A DNA stretch of 58,684 bases from Eubacteriales bacterium (lineage in GTDB: Bacteria > Bacillota > Clostridia > Oscillospirales > CAG-272): contig JAZOQX010000074.1 in NCBI GenBank assembly GCA_045656325.1, positions 1 to 58,684 on the forward strand, read 5' to 3'. Under the pieces are notes generated by a model, which saw nothing but the letters and a program-made list of their open reading frames with translations, made no database searches and was not told the DNA's origin. The position numbers and the translations under genes were made by a program. This document shows, piece after piece, positions 34,624 to 44,028 of the stretch (its first letter is position 1; every line of letters begins with the position of its first letter).

Positions 34624-35646
34624 ATGACAAAAAAGATCACCGCCCTCTGTCTCTCTCTGCTCCTGCTGCTCCTCGCCCTCGCATCCTGCGGCGCGGACGA
34701 CAACGGCGCCCCCGAGGGCATGAAATCCGCCACGCTTGCGGGAGAACCCTTCCTGCTCTACGTTCCCGAGGCTTGGTCCCTGAATACGGCAAGCGGCATT
34801 TCGGGAGCCTTCTACAATTCGAATCAGACCATTTTGGTCAGCGCCAGATATCAGAAGTCCTCCGAGAGCGACTTGGTTTCCTACATGAACGCCTGCATGG
34901 AAAGCTACGCCCAAAACAAGGACTGGTCGGAGCTTGGCAATATTACGTACAGCGACACGATTTTGGGTGGCAAGGATGCCCGCCGCGTGTCCTTCACCGT
35001 GAAAAACGGCAGCGAGAATCTCACCTGTTTTCAGGTATCGGTCGCCCATAAGGGCGGATTCGTATCGGTACACGGCTATTGCGCCACCGATCTCTATGAA
35101 GCAAGAAAGAGCGACTACGATTCGATTCTCAAGGAATTTGTGCTTGCCGCCCCCCCTTCTCCCCAAGGAGAGGCAGTAATCGACAAGAACACCCCCGAGG
35201 GCTATCAGATTGCCTCCGCCGATCAGGTGGAGTACCGTCTCTACGTGCCGACTACTTGGCTGTGTGACGCAAAGAGCGGTGCCTCCGAGGCAGAGACCGC
35301 CGACAAGTCCGCTCACGTTTCCCTGACCTCCTATTCTCCCGATTTTTCCACGGATATCAAGAATTATTTTACCGTCTGCGAGGAAACCTACAAAACCTCC
35401 CTGCCAGAATACACCTTGATCGAACGGGATATTCCCGCGCCCACCGCGGACGGCAAGGTGGCGGGACGCACGGCGTACAGCTATATTTACAACGTAACCG
35501 TTGACGGAGAAACCCTCACCATTATGCAGACGCTCTTCGTTTACAACGACATGATGTACTCCTTCACCTACACGGCGAAGGCAGACTGCTTTGAGACCTA
35601 CCGCGCCGACGTCAACACCATGCTCGGCTACTTTACCTTCCGTTAA
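34624..35646 (+). CDS. Hypothetical lipoprotein with an internal two-domain duplication
   Basis: MTKKITALCLSLLLLLLALASC lipobox. Two related halves (FLLYVPEAWSLNTASG vs YRLYVPTTWLCDAKSG). Confidence 0.7.
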   Translation: MTKKITALCLSLLLLLLALASCGADDNGAPEGMKSATLAGEPFLLYVPEAWSLNTASGISGAFYNSNQTILVSARYQKSSESDLVSYMNACMESYAQNKDWSELGNITYSDTILGGKDARRVSFTVKNGSENLTCFQVSVAHKGGFVSVHGYCATDLYEARKSDYDSILKEFVLAAPPSPQGEAVIDKNTPEGYQIASADQVEYRLYVPTTWLCDAKSGASEAETADKSAHVSLTSYSPDFSTDIKNYFTVCEETYKTSLPEYTLIERDIPAPTADGKVAGRTAYSYIYNVTVDGETLTIMQTLFVYNDMMYSFTYTAKADCFETYRADVNTMLGYFTFR

Positions 35647-35649
35647 GCC

Positions 35650-36825
35650 ATGAACGAATCCATGATTTATTTAGACAACAGCGCCACCACGCCTCTGTCG
35701 GACGGGGTGAAAAGAAAGATCTCCGAGGTCATGGAGCAATACGGGAATCCCTCCTCGCTCCATCCGCTCGGTCAATCCGCCGAGGCGGTGGTGGAGGAGG
35801 CAAGAGTCCGTTTGCTCCGCGCCCTTGGGCTTCGTCCCCGCTCCTCGGAGGGAAGGATCATCTTTACCTCCTCGGGAACCGAGGCGACCGCGCTGGCACT
35901 CTTTGGCTCGGCTTACGCGAAAAAACGCAGAAGCGCTACGAGGATCCTGACCACCGACTCCGAGCATCCCTCGGTGCTTCGTGCCGCAGAGCGTCTCGAG
36001 AAGGACGGCTTTGAGGTTGTGAAGATCCCTACGACGGGGGGCGTTCTTGACACGGAGGCGCTGGAATCGGCGCTGGATCAGCCCATTCTTCTTGCTTCCT
36101 TTATGCTGGTAAACAACGAAACGGGCGCGGTCTATTCGGTTGCCGATGCCTTTCGTCGGATCAAAAGAAGCTATCCCGACGCGCTGACCCATTGCGATGC
36201 CGTGCAGGGCTTTATGAAGCTTCCCTTCACCCCCGCAACGCTTTCGGCGGATATGATCACGCTCAGCGCCCACAAGATCCACGCCCCCAAGGGCGTAGGC
36301 GCGCTCTACGTATCCGAGTCCGTCCTCAAGGCGAAAAAGCTGATCCCCTATCTGGTAGGCGGCGGTCAGGAATCGGGAATGCGCTCGGGAACCGAAAACG
36401 TACTGGGCATCGCCGCGTTTGGCGAGGCAGCGGAGGAGCTTCGTCTTTCCCGTGAGGAAGCCCGCGGAACGGCAGAGGAGCTTCGAGCCTATGCCGAGGA
36501 GAAACTCTCTCCCCTCCCCTTACGCATCAATCGCCCCAAGGGAGCGTATCTCCCTCACATTCTCAACGTGACCCTGCCCGACGTAAAGAGCGAAACGATG
36601 CTTCACGCCCTGTCTGCCGACGGCATTTGCGTATCCAGCGGCTCCGCCTGCTCCTCCCATTCCAAGGAGCCCAGCGGCGCGCTTCTTGCCTTCGGACTTT
36701 CCGCTCATGAGGCGGACTGCTCCCTGCGGATCAGCTTGTCCCACAGCAACACCAAGGAGGAGATCGACGCGCTTGTCTCCTCCCTTGAAAAGAACCTTTC
36801 CCGTTTGGTAAGAATCAAGCGTTGA
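35650..36825 (+). CDS. Cysteine desulfurase (NifS/IscS class V aminotransferase family)
   Basis: PLP-lysine motif SAHKIHAPKGVGALY and active-site loop SSGSACSS. Confidence 0.88.
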   Translation: MNESMIYLDNSATTPLSDGVKRKISEVMEQYGNPSSLHPLGQSAEAVVEEARVRLLRALGLRPRSSEGRIIFTSSGTEATALALFGSAYAKKRRSATRILTTDSEHPSVLRAAERLEKDGFEVVKIPTTGGVLDTEALESALDQPILLASFMLVNNETGAVYSVADAFRRIKRSYPDALTHCDAVQGFMKLPFTPATLSADMITLSAHKIHAPKGVGALYVSESVLKAKKLIPYLVGGGQESGMRSGTENVLGIAAFGEAAEELRLSREEARGTAEELRAYAEEKLSPLPLRINRPKGAYLPHILNVTLPDVKSETMLHALSADGICVSSGSACSSHSKEPSGALLAFGLSAHEADCSLRISLSHSNTKEEIDALVSSLEKNLSRLVRIKR

Positions 36826-36882
36826 GGAATTGGTTGAAAAAATGCTTTTTAAGTCTCGCAAGGGGCTTATACTCTGCCATAG

Positions 36883-36922
36883 AAATCCATCGAACGGCGG
36901 TTGCGCCTTCGATGGATTTTTT
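36883..36922 (+). terminator. Intrinsic terminator after the desulfurase gene
   Basis: AAATCCATCGAA-13 nt-TTCGATGGATTT followed by TTTT. Confidence 0.8.
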
Positions 36923-36958
36923 GTCATTCATTATTCCTTGTTATTTTTGAAATACCCG

Positions 36959-36987
36959 TTTACAAAAAGAATTTTTTTTGGTATAAT
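36959..36987 (+). promoter_or_regulatory. Sigma-A promoter for the parE-like operon
   Basis: TTTACA, a 17-nt spacer, then TATAAT. It leaves a leader of ~120 nt. Confidence 0.6.
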
Positions 36988-37112
36988 ATATTTAACTATA
37001 TGGTAATAAAAGCGAGAAGGATTGCGGGGAGCGTTCCGATCCTCGGCATTGGGTAACCCCTAATTTTCGGCTTTCTCCGCGAATCCCAAATACAACGAAT
37101 AAAGGACGAATT

Positions 37113-39119
37113 ATGGCTGTAAAAAAAGACGTTCAAAAGCAACAATACAACGACCAGAGCATCAAGGCGCTCAAGGGCGCGGACCGTGTCCGCAAGCGCC
37201 CGGGCGTTATCTTCGGCTCGGACGGTCTGGAGGGATGCGAGCATTCCTTCTTTGAGATCCTTTCCAACTCGGTGGACGAGGCGCGGGAGGGTCACGGAAA
37301 TGTGATTACCGTCACCGCCTATGCCGACCGTTCCATTCGCGTGGACGACCACGGACGCGGCGTTCCCCTCGGATACAACGAGGCGGAGGGACGCTGGAAC
37401 TGGGATCTCATTTACTGTGAGCTTTACGCGGGCGGAAAGTACGATAACAACAACGGCGCGTCTGCCTACGAGTTCTCGCTGGGTTTGAACGGCTTGGGTG
37501 CCTGCGCGACCCAATACAGCTCGGAATTTATGGACGTTTTTTCCTACGACGGAGCCAATGAATCCAAGATCAGCTTCAAAAAGGGCGAGCCTGTCTCGGA
37601 GCTTCTCGTTCGCCCCTTGGAACGGAACGAGAGACGCACGGGTACGGTCATTCATTGGCGGCCCGACCTTGAGGTATTTACCGATATTAACATTCCCCAT
37701 GAATTTTTTATTGAGACCATGCGCCGCCAGTCGGTGGTCAACCCCGGTATCAGCTTCGTTCTGAAGCTGCAGGGCAATGACGGAAAATTTGAGGAGCATC
37801 GCTTCCTCTACGAAAACGGCATTTCGGACTACCTTTCCGAGCTGGCAGGAGAGACCGCCATCACCGCGCCCGTGCTGTGGCATTTGGAAACGCAGGGACG
37901 GGACCGCGCCGATAAGGACGAGTACCGCTTGAAGGCAGATGTCTCCTTCTGCGTCTCCAACGTAGTCAATCGTCTGGAATATTATCACAACTCCAGCTTT
38001 TTGGAGTACGGCGGATCCCCCGACAACGCGGTGAAGCTTGCCTTCGTGTACGCCCTTGACAAATATCTCAAGGCGCAGGGCAAATACAAGAAGAACGAAA
38101 AGAAGATCGCCTTCACCGACGTGGCGGACTGCCTGCTTCTGGTATCCAACAGCTTCTCCACCATGACCTCCTATGAGAACCAGACCAAGAAATCCATCAC
38201 CAACACCTTTATTTACGAGGCGATGGCGGCGTTTCTCAAGGAAAATCTGGAGATCTACTTTGCCGAAAATCCCACCGCAGCAGAGCTGTTTGCCAATCAG
38301 GTTCTGATCAACAAGCGGAGCCGTGAAAATGCCGAGACCGAACGCTTGAATATCAAGAAAAAGCTTTCGGGCACCATGGACATTGCCAGCCGTGTGGAAA
38401 AATTCGTCAACTGCCGCTCCAAGGATCCCTCGGTCCGTGAGCTGTATATCGTAGAGGGTGACTCCGCCCTTTCCTCCTGTAAGGAAGCCCGCAACTCCGA
38501 CTTTCAGGCAATCATTCCCGTTCGAGGCAAGACCCTGAACTGCATGAAGAGCACCTACGATCAGATCTTCAAGAGCGAGATCATCACCGATCTTTTGCGT
38601 GTCATCGGCTGCGGCGTGGAGATTACCGACCGAAAGGTGAAGGGCGATCTGGTTACCTTCGATTTGGCGTCTCTTCGTTGGTCGAAGATCATCATTTGTA
38701 CCGATGCAGACGAGGACGGCTTCCAGATCCGCACCCTGCTTCTCACCCTCTTCTACCGCCTTCTGCCCACACTCCTGAAGGAGGGCAAGGTATTTATCGC
38801 GGAAACGCCCCTCTTTGAGATCACCACCAAGGACGAAACCTATTTCGCCTACGACGAGTTTGAAAAGGCAGAGATCCTTAAAAAACTCGGCAAGCAGAAA
38901 TATACCCTTCAACGCTCCAAGGGTCTTGGAGAAAACGAGCCAGACATGATGTCCCGCACCACCATGCACCCCGCTACGAGACGCTTGATCTCGGTCACTC
39001 CCACCGACGCGCAAAAGACCGAGGAGATCTTCGATACGCTGCTTGGCAACAATCTCCCTGCCCGTAAGGAATTTATCGCCCTCCACGGCAGCGAATACAT
39101 GAAAGACGCAGATATATAA
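37113..39119 (+). CDS. Type IIA DNA topoisomerase subunit B (ParE/GyrB family, divergent)
   Basis: GHKL ATPase (EILSNSVDEA, LGLNGLGA) and Toprim (YIVEGDSA, PVRGKTLN, ICTDADEDG, QRSKGLGEN). 668 aa. Confidence 0.85.
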   Translation: MAVKKDVQKQQYNDQSIKALKGADRVRKRPGVIFGSDGLEGCEHSFFEILSNSVDEAREGHGNVITVTAYADRSIRVDDHGRGVPLGYNEAEGRWNWDLIYCELYAGGKYDNNNGASAYEFSLGLNGLGACATQYSSEFMDVFSYDGANESKISFKKGEPVSELLVRPLERNERRTGTVIHWRPDLEVFTDINIPHEFFIETMRRQSVVNPGISFVLKLQGNDGKFEEHRFLYENGISDYLSELAGETAITAPVLWHLETQGRDRADKDEYRLKADVSFCVSNVVNRLEYYHNSSFLEYGGSPDNAVKLAFVYALDKYLKAQGKYKKNEKKIAFTDVADCLLLVSNSFSTMTSYENQTKKSITNTFIYEAMAAFLKENLEIYFAENPTAAELFANQVLINKRSRENAETERLNIKKKLSGTMDIASRVEKFVNCRSKDPSVRELYIVEGDSALSSCKEARNSDFQAIIPVRGKTLNCMKSTYDQIFKSEIITDLLRVIGCGVEITDRKVKGDLVTFDLASLRWSKIIICTDADEDGFQIRTLLLTLFYRLLPTLLKEGKVFIAETPLFEITTKDETYFAYDEFEKAEILKKLGKQKYTLQRSKGLGENEPDMMSRTTMHPATRRLISVTPTDAQKTEEIFDTLLGNNLPARKEFIALHGSEYMKDADI

Positions 39120-40066
39120 TGAAAATCATACTGTTAGACACGGGAACCCTTGGCGCGGACGTGGATCTTTCTCCCATTCGCAAGGCGGGTACCGTAACCG
39201 AATACCGCGCCACCGCTCCCTCCGAGGTCGCCGACCGCGTAAGAGAGGCGGAGGTCGTCGTTACCAACAAAATCAAATTGAACGAAAGCAATCTGGCAGG
39301 TGCCTGTTCCCTTCGTCTCATCTGCGTGACCGCTACGGGCTACGACAACATTGACAAGGACTACTGCGCCTCCCGTGGAATCGCTCTTTGCAACGTTCCC
39401 GGCTACTCCACCGAAAGCGTGGCGCAGCTGACGCTTGCCATGGCGCTGACCCTTGTCAATCACCTGAATGAATACCAAACCTTTGTCAAAAACGGCAGCT
39501 ACTCCGCATCGGGTATGGCAAACCACCTCACCCCTCCCTTTCATGAACTTTCGTCTCTCACCTGGGGCGTGGTCGGCGGCGGTGCCATCGGTGGCAGAGT
39601 CGCTATGCTGGCAGAAGCGTTTGGCTGCCACGTGCTCATGTGCCGTCGGACTCCCGACGACCGCTATGAGCAGGTCTGTCTTGACGAGCTTTGCCGTCGG
39701 GCGGATATCCTTTCTCTCCACGTTCCTCTGACCGAGGAAACCAAGGGAATGATCTCCCGCCCTCGGATCGACTCCATGAAAAAGGGAGCGATTCTGATCA
39801 ACGTAGCAAGAGGCGCCGTCACCGATGAAGCCGCTCTTGCCGAAGCTATTGAAAACGGATATCTGGGCGGGCTTGGAATCGACGTATATTCCCAAGAGCC
39901 CCTCCCTGCCGATCATCCCTTTGTTTCCATTATGAACCGACCCAACGTATGCCTGACCCCCCACATGGCATGGGGCGCCATTGAGGCGAGAAATCGCTGC
40001 GTCTCGGTCATCGGAGAAAATATCGCCGCCTACGAAGCGGGCGAGAGAAAAAATCGCATTGTTTGA
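39119..40066 (+). CDS. D-isomer-specific 2-hydroxyacid dehydrogenase (glycerate dehydrogenase-like)
   Basis: NAD fold VVGGGAIGGRVA, INVARG and TPHMAW. The ATG shares its A with the parE-like TAA stop (TAATG). Confidence 0.82.
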   Translation: MKIILLDTGTLGADVDLSPIRKAGTVTEYRATAPSEVADRVREAEVVVTNKIKLNESNLAGACSLRLICVTATGYDNIDKDYCASRGIALCNVPGYSTESVAQLTLAMALTLVNHLNEYQTFVKNGSYSASGMANHLTPPFHELSSLTWGVVGGGAIGGRVAMLAEAFGCHVLMCRRTPDDRYEQVCLDELCRRADILSLHVPLTEETKGMISRPRIDSMKKGAILINVARGAVTDEAALAEAIENGYLGGLGIDVYSQEPLPADHPFVSIMNRPNVCLTPHMAWGAIEARNRCVSVIGENIAAYEAGERKNRIV

Positions 40067-40083
40067 TTGAAAGGTTTTCCACC

Positions 40084-41070
40084 ATGAATATGAGAATCGG
40101 AATTTACGGATACGGAAATTTGGGAAAAGGCATTGAGAATGCCATTCGCCAAAATCCCGACATGACCCTTTCGGCGGTCTTTACCCGCCGAGACCCCGCC
40201 TCGTTGTCCATCGGCACCGAGGGCGTTCCCGTTTGCCACACCTCAACGGTAGAGCAATGGGTGGACAAGATCGACGTAATGATCCTCTGCGGAGGAAGCG
40301 CCACCGATCTTCCCGAGCAGACTCCCGCCTTAGCAAAGCTTTTCTCGGTCGTGGATAGCTTTGACACCCACGCAAGAATCCCCGAGCATTTCGCGAGGGT
40401 AAACGCCGCCGCCAAGGAGGCGGGCAACACCGCGCTCATCAGCGCGGGCTGGGATCCGGGAATGTTCTCCCTGAACCGTCTTTACGCGCAATCCATACTT
40501 CCCGAGGGAAAGACCTATACCTTTTGGGGAAAGGGCGTGAGCCAAGGACATTCGGATGCCATTCGCCGCATCGAGGGCGTGAAGAACGCAAAGCAATATA
40601 CCATCCCCGTGGAAGAAGCTCTGGAGGCGGTACGAAGCGGCGCTTGCCCCGAGCTGACTACCCGCCAAAAGCACCTGCGTGAATGCTTCGTGGTTGCCAA
40701 GGAGGGGGCAGATCTTTCCCGCATTGAAAAAGAGATCAAGGAAATGCCCAACTATTTTGCAGACTACGATACCACGGTTCACTTTATCACCGAGGAGGAG
40801 CTTCTCCGTGACCACGGCGGAATCCCCCACGGCGGATTTGTGATCCACACGGGCAAGACAGGAAGAGATTCGGAAAACGGACACGTGATCGAATACCGCC
40901 TAAAGCTCGATTCCAACCCCGAATTTACCGCCTCGGTCATTGTGGCGTATGCCCGCGCCGTAGCAAGAATGAAAAAGGAGGGAATGGTCGGTTGTAAGAC
41001 CGTCTTTGACGTGCCTCCCTCATACCTTTCTCCCAAATCTCACGAGGAATTGATCGCAGCCCTGCTTTAA
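40084..41070 (+). CDS. ddh: meso-Diaminopimelate D-dehydrogenase
   Basis: MNMRIGIYGYGNLGKGIENAI plus overall Ddh-like sequence (ISAGWDPGMFS, WGKGVSQGHSDAIRR). Confidence 0.85.
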   Translation: MNMRIGIYGYGNLGKGIENAIRQNPDMTLSAVFTRRDPASLSIGTEGVPVCHTSTVEQWVDKIDVMILCGGSATDLPEQTPALAKLFSVVDSFDTHARIPEHFARVNAAAKEAGNTALISAGWDPGMFSLNRLYAQSILPEGKTYTFWGKGVSQGHSDAIRRIEGVKNAKQYTIPVEEALEAVRSGACPELTTRQKHLRECFVVAKEGADLSRIEKEIKEMPNYFADYDTTVHFITEEELLRDHGGIPHGGFVIHTGKTGRDSENGHVIEYRLKLDSNPEFTASVIVAYARAVARMKKEGMVGCKTVFDVPPSYLSPKSHEELIAALL

Positions 41071-41075
41071 TATGA

Positions 41076-41110
41076 AAAAGCCTTCTCCGTCGGAGAAGGC
41101 TTTCTTTTTT
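41076..41110. terminator. Bidirectional terminator between convergent genes
   Basis: AAAAGCCTTCTCC-gtc-GGAGAAGGCTTTCTTTTTT. Confidence 0.8.
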
Positions 41111-42461
41111 ATTCCCTGATCAAAAATCTCATTTTGTTCTTGCAAACGGTAAAGGTGCTTCCCCGCTCGCCCGTCTCACGGTCACGCCAGATGCCCTCCA
41201 GCACCAGCTCGTAGGGGGCATCGTCGAAGTTGGAGACCGCGAGATAGATCTCCTCGTTAACGAACATGGAGGCGACCATGTTGCCGCCCAAGGGGGATTT
41301 GATATACTCACTATCGGAAAGTTCGATATACGCCAAGCTGTTTTCGGTTACCATGGGTCTGTACAGCTTCAAGTATTTGAGCCAATTCGGATACTCGTTG
41401 GGGTCGTCGGGGATCGCCGACCAAAGGCTATACACGTAGGGTCCGTTGGGATTTTCCTTCATGTATGCGGCTACGCGGTTGTAAAAGTCCTGCTCGTCTC
41501 CGCCGTAGTAGGTCACACCGGGAAGATTCTGGTTGTTCCCAAAGATCGGTCTGCCGTACTTCAAGAGAGGAAACTGGAGATACGGAATGGTTCTCGCCAT
41601 GCCCGCGTCTCCCGCCTCTGCGGCGTAGTGCAGGTCAATGCAAGGAACCACGTAATTGGGATAATCCTTGCCCACGCCTGGGGTCTTATCCACCACCGCC
41701 TCGCCGATCCACAGATAGTCGTAAACTCTGTCCTTAACGGGGGGCGCGTTATTGCGGTCTGCGTGGAGCTTATAAATGCCGCCCCGTCTCTTGACCTCGT
41801 TGTAAATAATGCCGAGCAGATCCTCGATCTCGGGGTCATAGGGAAGGTTGGCGCCGATGGCAGGCGCAAAGGCGACCTTGTCGTAGCCCCAGTCGTTGAA
41901 AATGCCGTCGAAGCCGTACTCCTCCATGACGCGGAAGGTACGGGGGAGAATATACTCTCTCCACGTGGCGCTTCCGGGGGAGCATTTTCTGTATTTAAAA
42001 TAATTCTGCGTACACCAAAGACGCTTGGGGTCGTAAAATCCGTCCTTCGGTACAGGATGATCAATCACAAAATCATCCCGAAAATCGGGATCGTTATACT
42101 GGAAAAATCCGGAGGAAACGTAAGGAATAATCTTCATTCCCAAGGAGTGGCAAAGCTCCACGAACTCCTTCATGCCCTCGTGATCGGGGGAATGGAATTT
42201 GTCCGCGCCGTAGAGTCTGACCGCATCGTTCCACTCCTCATGAACCTGCACCAACTCCACGCCCGCCTCTGCCATTTGACGAAGAAGCTTTTCGTCATAT
42301 TCGGTAGGCTTTGCCGATACGTAGGCGGGATAGTCTCCAAGACCGTACGTTACCTGTCCCGGTCGGTAATCCCGAATACGGGTGCGGCGAAAATACCCCT
42401 TATTCTTTGTCTCCGCTTCATTGATATTCCGAATACGGGCAGCGTGCAATTCAATCGACAT
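41109..42461 (-). CDS. Hypothetical TIM-barrel glycosidase-like protein
   Basis: 450-aa ORF with strong coding character. GFDGIFNDWGYD resembles the beta-4 nucleophile strand of alpha-amylase-type barrels. Family not recognised. Confidence 0.55.
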   Translation of the reverse strand: MSIELHAARIRNINEAETKNKGYFRRTRIRDYRPGQVTYGLGDYPAYVSAKPTEYDEKLLRQMAEAGVELVQVHEEWNDAVRLYGADKFHSPDHEGMKEFVELCHSLGMKIIPYVSSGFFQYNDPDFRDDFVIDHPVPKDGFYDPKRLWCTQNYFKYRKCSPGSATWREYILPRTFRVMEEYGFDGIFNDWGYDKVAFAPAIGANLPYDPEIEDLLGIIYNEVKRRGGIYKLHADRNNAPPVKDRVYDYLWIGEAVVDKTPGVGKDYPNYVVPCIDLHYAAEAGDAGMARTIPYLQFPLLKYGRPIFGNNQNLPGVTYYGGDEQDFYNRVAAYMKENPNGPYVYSLWSAIPDDPNEYPNWLKYLKLYRPMVTENSLAYIELSDSEYIKSPLGGNMVASMFVNEEIYLAVSNFDDAPYELVLEGIWRDRETGERGSTFTVCKNKMRFLIRE

Positions 42462-42564
42462 AGAAAAACCTCCTTTAAAATCATATCAAATACATTATAA
42501 CAAATTTAATTTTACAATGGAATTGCTAAAAGAATCAAAATATATTGCATTTCCGACCATCCTA

Positions 42565-42593
42565 TTGCAATCCCCTTCAATTCCGTTTATAAT
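42565..42593 (+). promoter_or_regulatory. Sigma-A promoter for uxaC, preceded by a TATTGCA direct repeat
   Basis: TTGCAA, a 17-nt spacer, then TATAAT. TATTGCA occurs twice, 21 nt apart (42542-42569). Confidence 0.6.
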
Positions 42594-42627
42594 AGAGACG
42601 TAAACTTTTAAAACAAAGGAGATCACT

Positions 42628-44022
42628 ATGAGCTACCTGAACGAAAACTTTTTACTTTCCAATGAATACGCCAAGAGGCTCTACCATGATTACGCCAAGG
42701 ATATGCCCATCTTCGACTACCATTGCCATCTGTCCGAAAAGGAGATCCTTGCCAACGAGCCTTGTGAGGATCTTTGCACCCTTTGGCTGGGCGGTGATCA
42801 TTACAAGTGGAGACTGATGCGCAACTTTGGCATTGACGAGCCATACGTAACGGGCGACAAGAGCCGTGAGGAGAAATTTGCGGCATTCTGCAAGACCCTC
42901 GGAACCGCCTTCGGCAACCCCATCTATCATTGGTCTCAGCTGGAGCTGGAGGACTTCTTTGAATGTGATCTGGAGATCAATGAGGAGAACGCCGCCGAGA
43001 TCCTCTCCCGCGCAAACGCCTATATCAAGGAGCATGAGCTGACCCCCCAGAAGCTCATCGAGCATTCCAACGTCCGTTATCTCTGCACCACCAACGACGT
43101 ATCCGACGATCTGTCCGTCTTCGACGAGATCGCCAAGAAGGACTACAAGTTCGGCGTGTTCCCCGCCTTCCGCAGCGACAAGATCATGAACGTGGACGCC
43201 AAGGGCTATCCCGAGGTCGTGGCGAAGCTGGCATCCCTGACGGGTAAGATCGAATGTATTTGCGATTTGGAGAAGGCTCTGGAAACCCGTCTGAAGGAGT
43301 TCATCAAGAGCGGCTGCTGCGCCAGCGATATCGGCATCGAAAAGGTCTGCCCCATCGGTGACAGAGATAAAGCCAATGCCACCTTCAAAAAGGCATTAAA
43401 GGGCAAAGCCATCACCAAGGAAGAGGCAGAAGACTTCAAGGGCTACTTAACCTACTTCCTCATGAAAATGTACGGAACCTACCACATTGCCACCGAGTTC
43501 CACATTGGTCCCATGAGAAACAACAACACCCGTATGTTCAATTCCATCGGTCCCGACACGGGCTTTGACAGCATCTCCGATGCCAACAGCATCACCCTGC
43601 TCTCCCGTCTCTTCGACCGTCTCGATTCCGAGGGCGTTCTCCCCAAAACCATCGTCTTTAACCTGAATCCCAAGATGAACGCGGAGATCATGTCCCTCAT
43701 CGGCTGCTTCCAGACGGGAGAAGCCAAGGGTAAGATCCAGTACGGCGCGGCTTGGTGGTTCCTTGACAACAAGATCGGTATGGAGCGTCATCTGGAGGAT
43801 ATGACCGCAACGGGACATCTCGGTTCCTTCGTGGGTATGCTCACCGACAGCCGCTCTCTCCTCTCCTACCCCCGTCACCACTACTTCCGCCGTATTCTCT
43901 GCAACTACCTCGGCACCATGATGGAAAAGGGAGAGATGACCACCAATATCGAGCTGGTGGGCGAGCTGGTTCGTGACATCAGCTACCGCAACGCCGTTCG
44001 TTACTTTGGTCTTTCGGAATAA
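42628..44022 (+). CDS. uxaC: Glucuronate isomerase
   Basis: MSYLNENFLLSNEYAKRLYHDYAKDMPIFDYHCHL is a canonical UxaC N-terminus. 464 aa. Confidence 0.92.
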   Translation: MSYLNENFLLSNEYAKRLYHDYAKDMPIFDYHCHLSEKEILANEPCEDLCTLWLGGDHYKWRLMRNFGIDEPYVTGDKSREEKFAAFCKTLGTAFGNPIYHWSQLELEDFFECDLEINEENAAEILSRANAYIKEHELTPQKLIEHSNVRYLCTTNDVSDDLSVFDEIAKKDYKFGVFPAFRSDKIMNVDAKGYPEVVAKLASLTGKIECICDLEKALETRLKEFIKSGCCASDIGIEKVCPIGDRDKANATFKKALKGKAITKEEAEDFKGYLTYFLMKMYGTYHIATEFHIGPMRNNNTRMFNSIGPDTGFDSISDANSITLLSRLFDRLDSEGVLPKTIVFNLNPKMNAEIMSLIGCFQTGEAKGKIQYGAAWWFLDNKIGMERHLEDMTATGHLGSFVGMLTDSRSLLSYPRHHYFRRILCNYLGTMMEKGEMTTNIELVGELVRDISYRNAVRYFGLSE

Positions 44023-44028
44023 TCTTCT

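Noticed and set aside
36996-39086. 696-aa ORF antisense to the parE-like gene
   Set aside because: The plus strand carries complete GHKL and Toprim motifs. The antisense translation is featureless.
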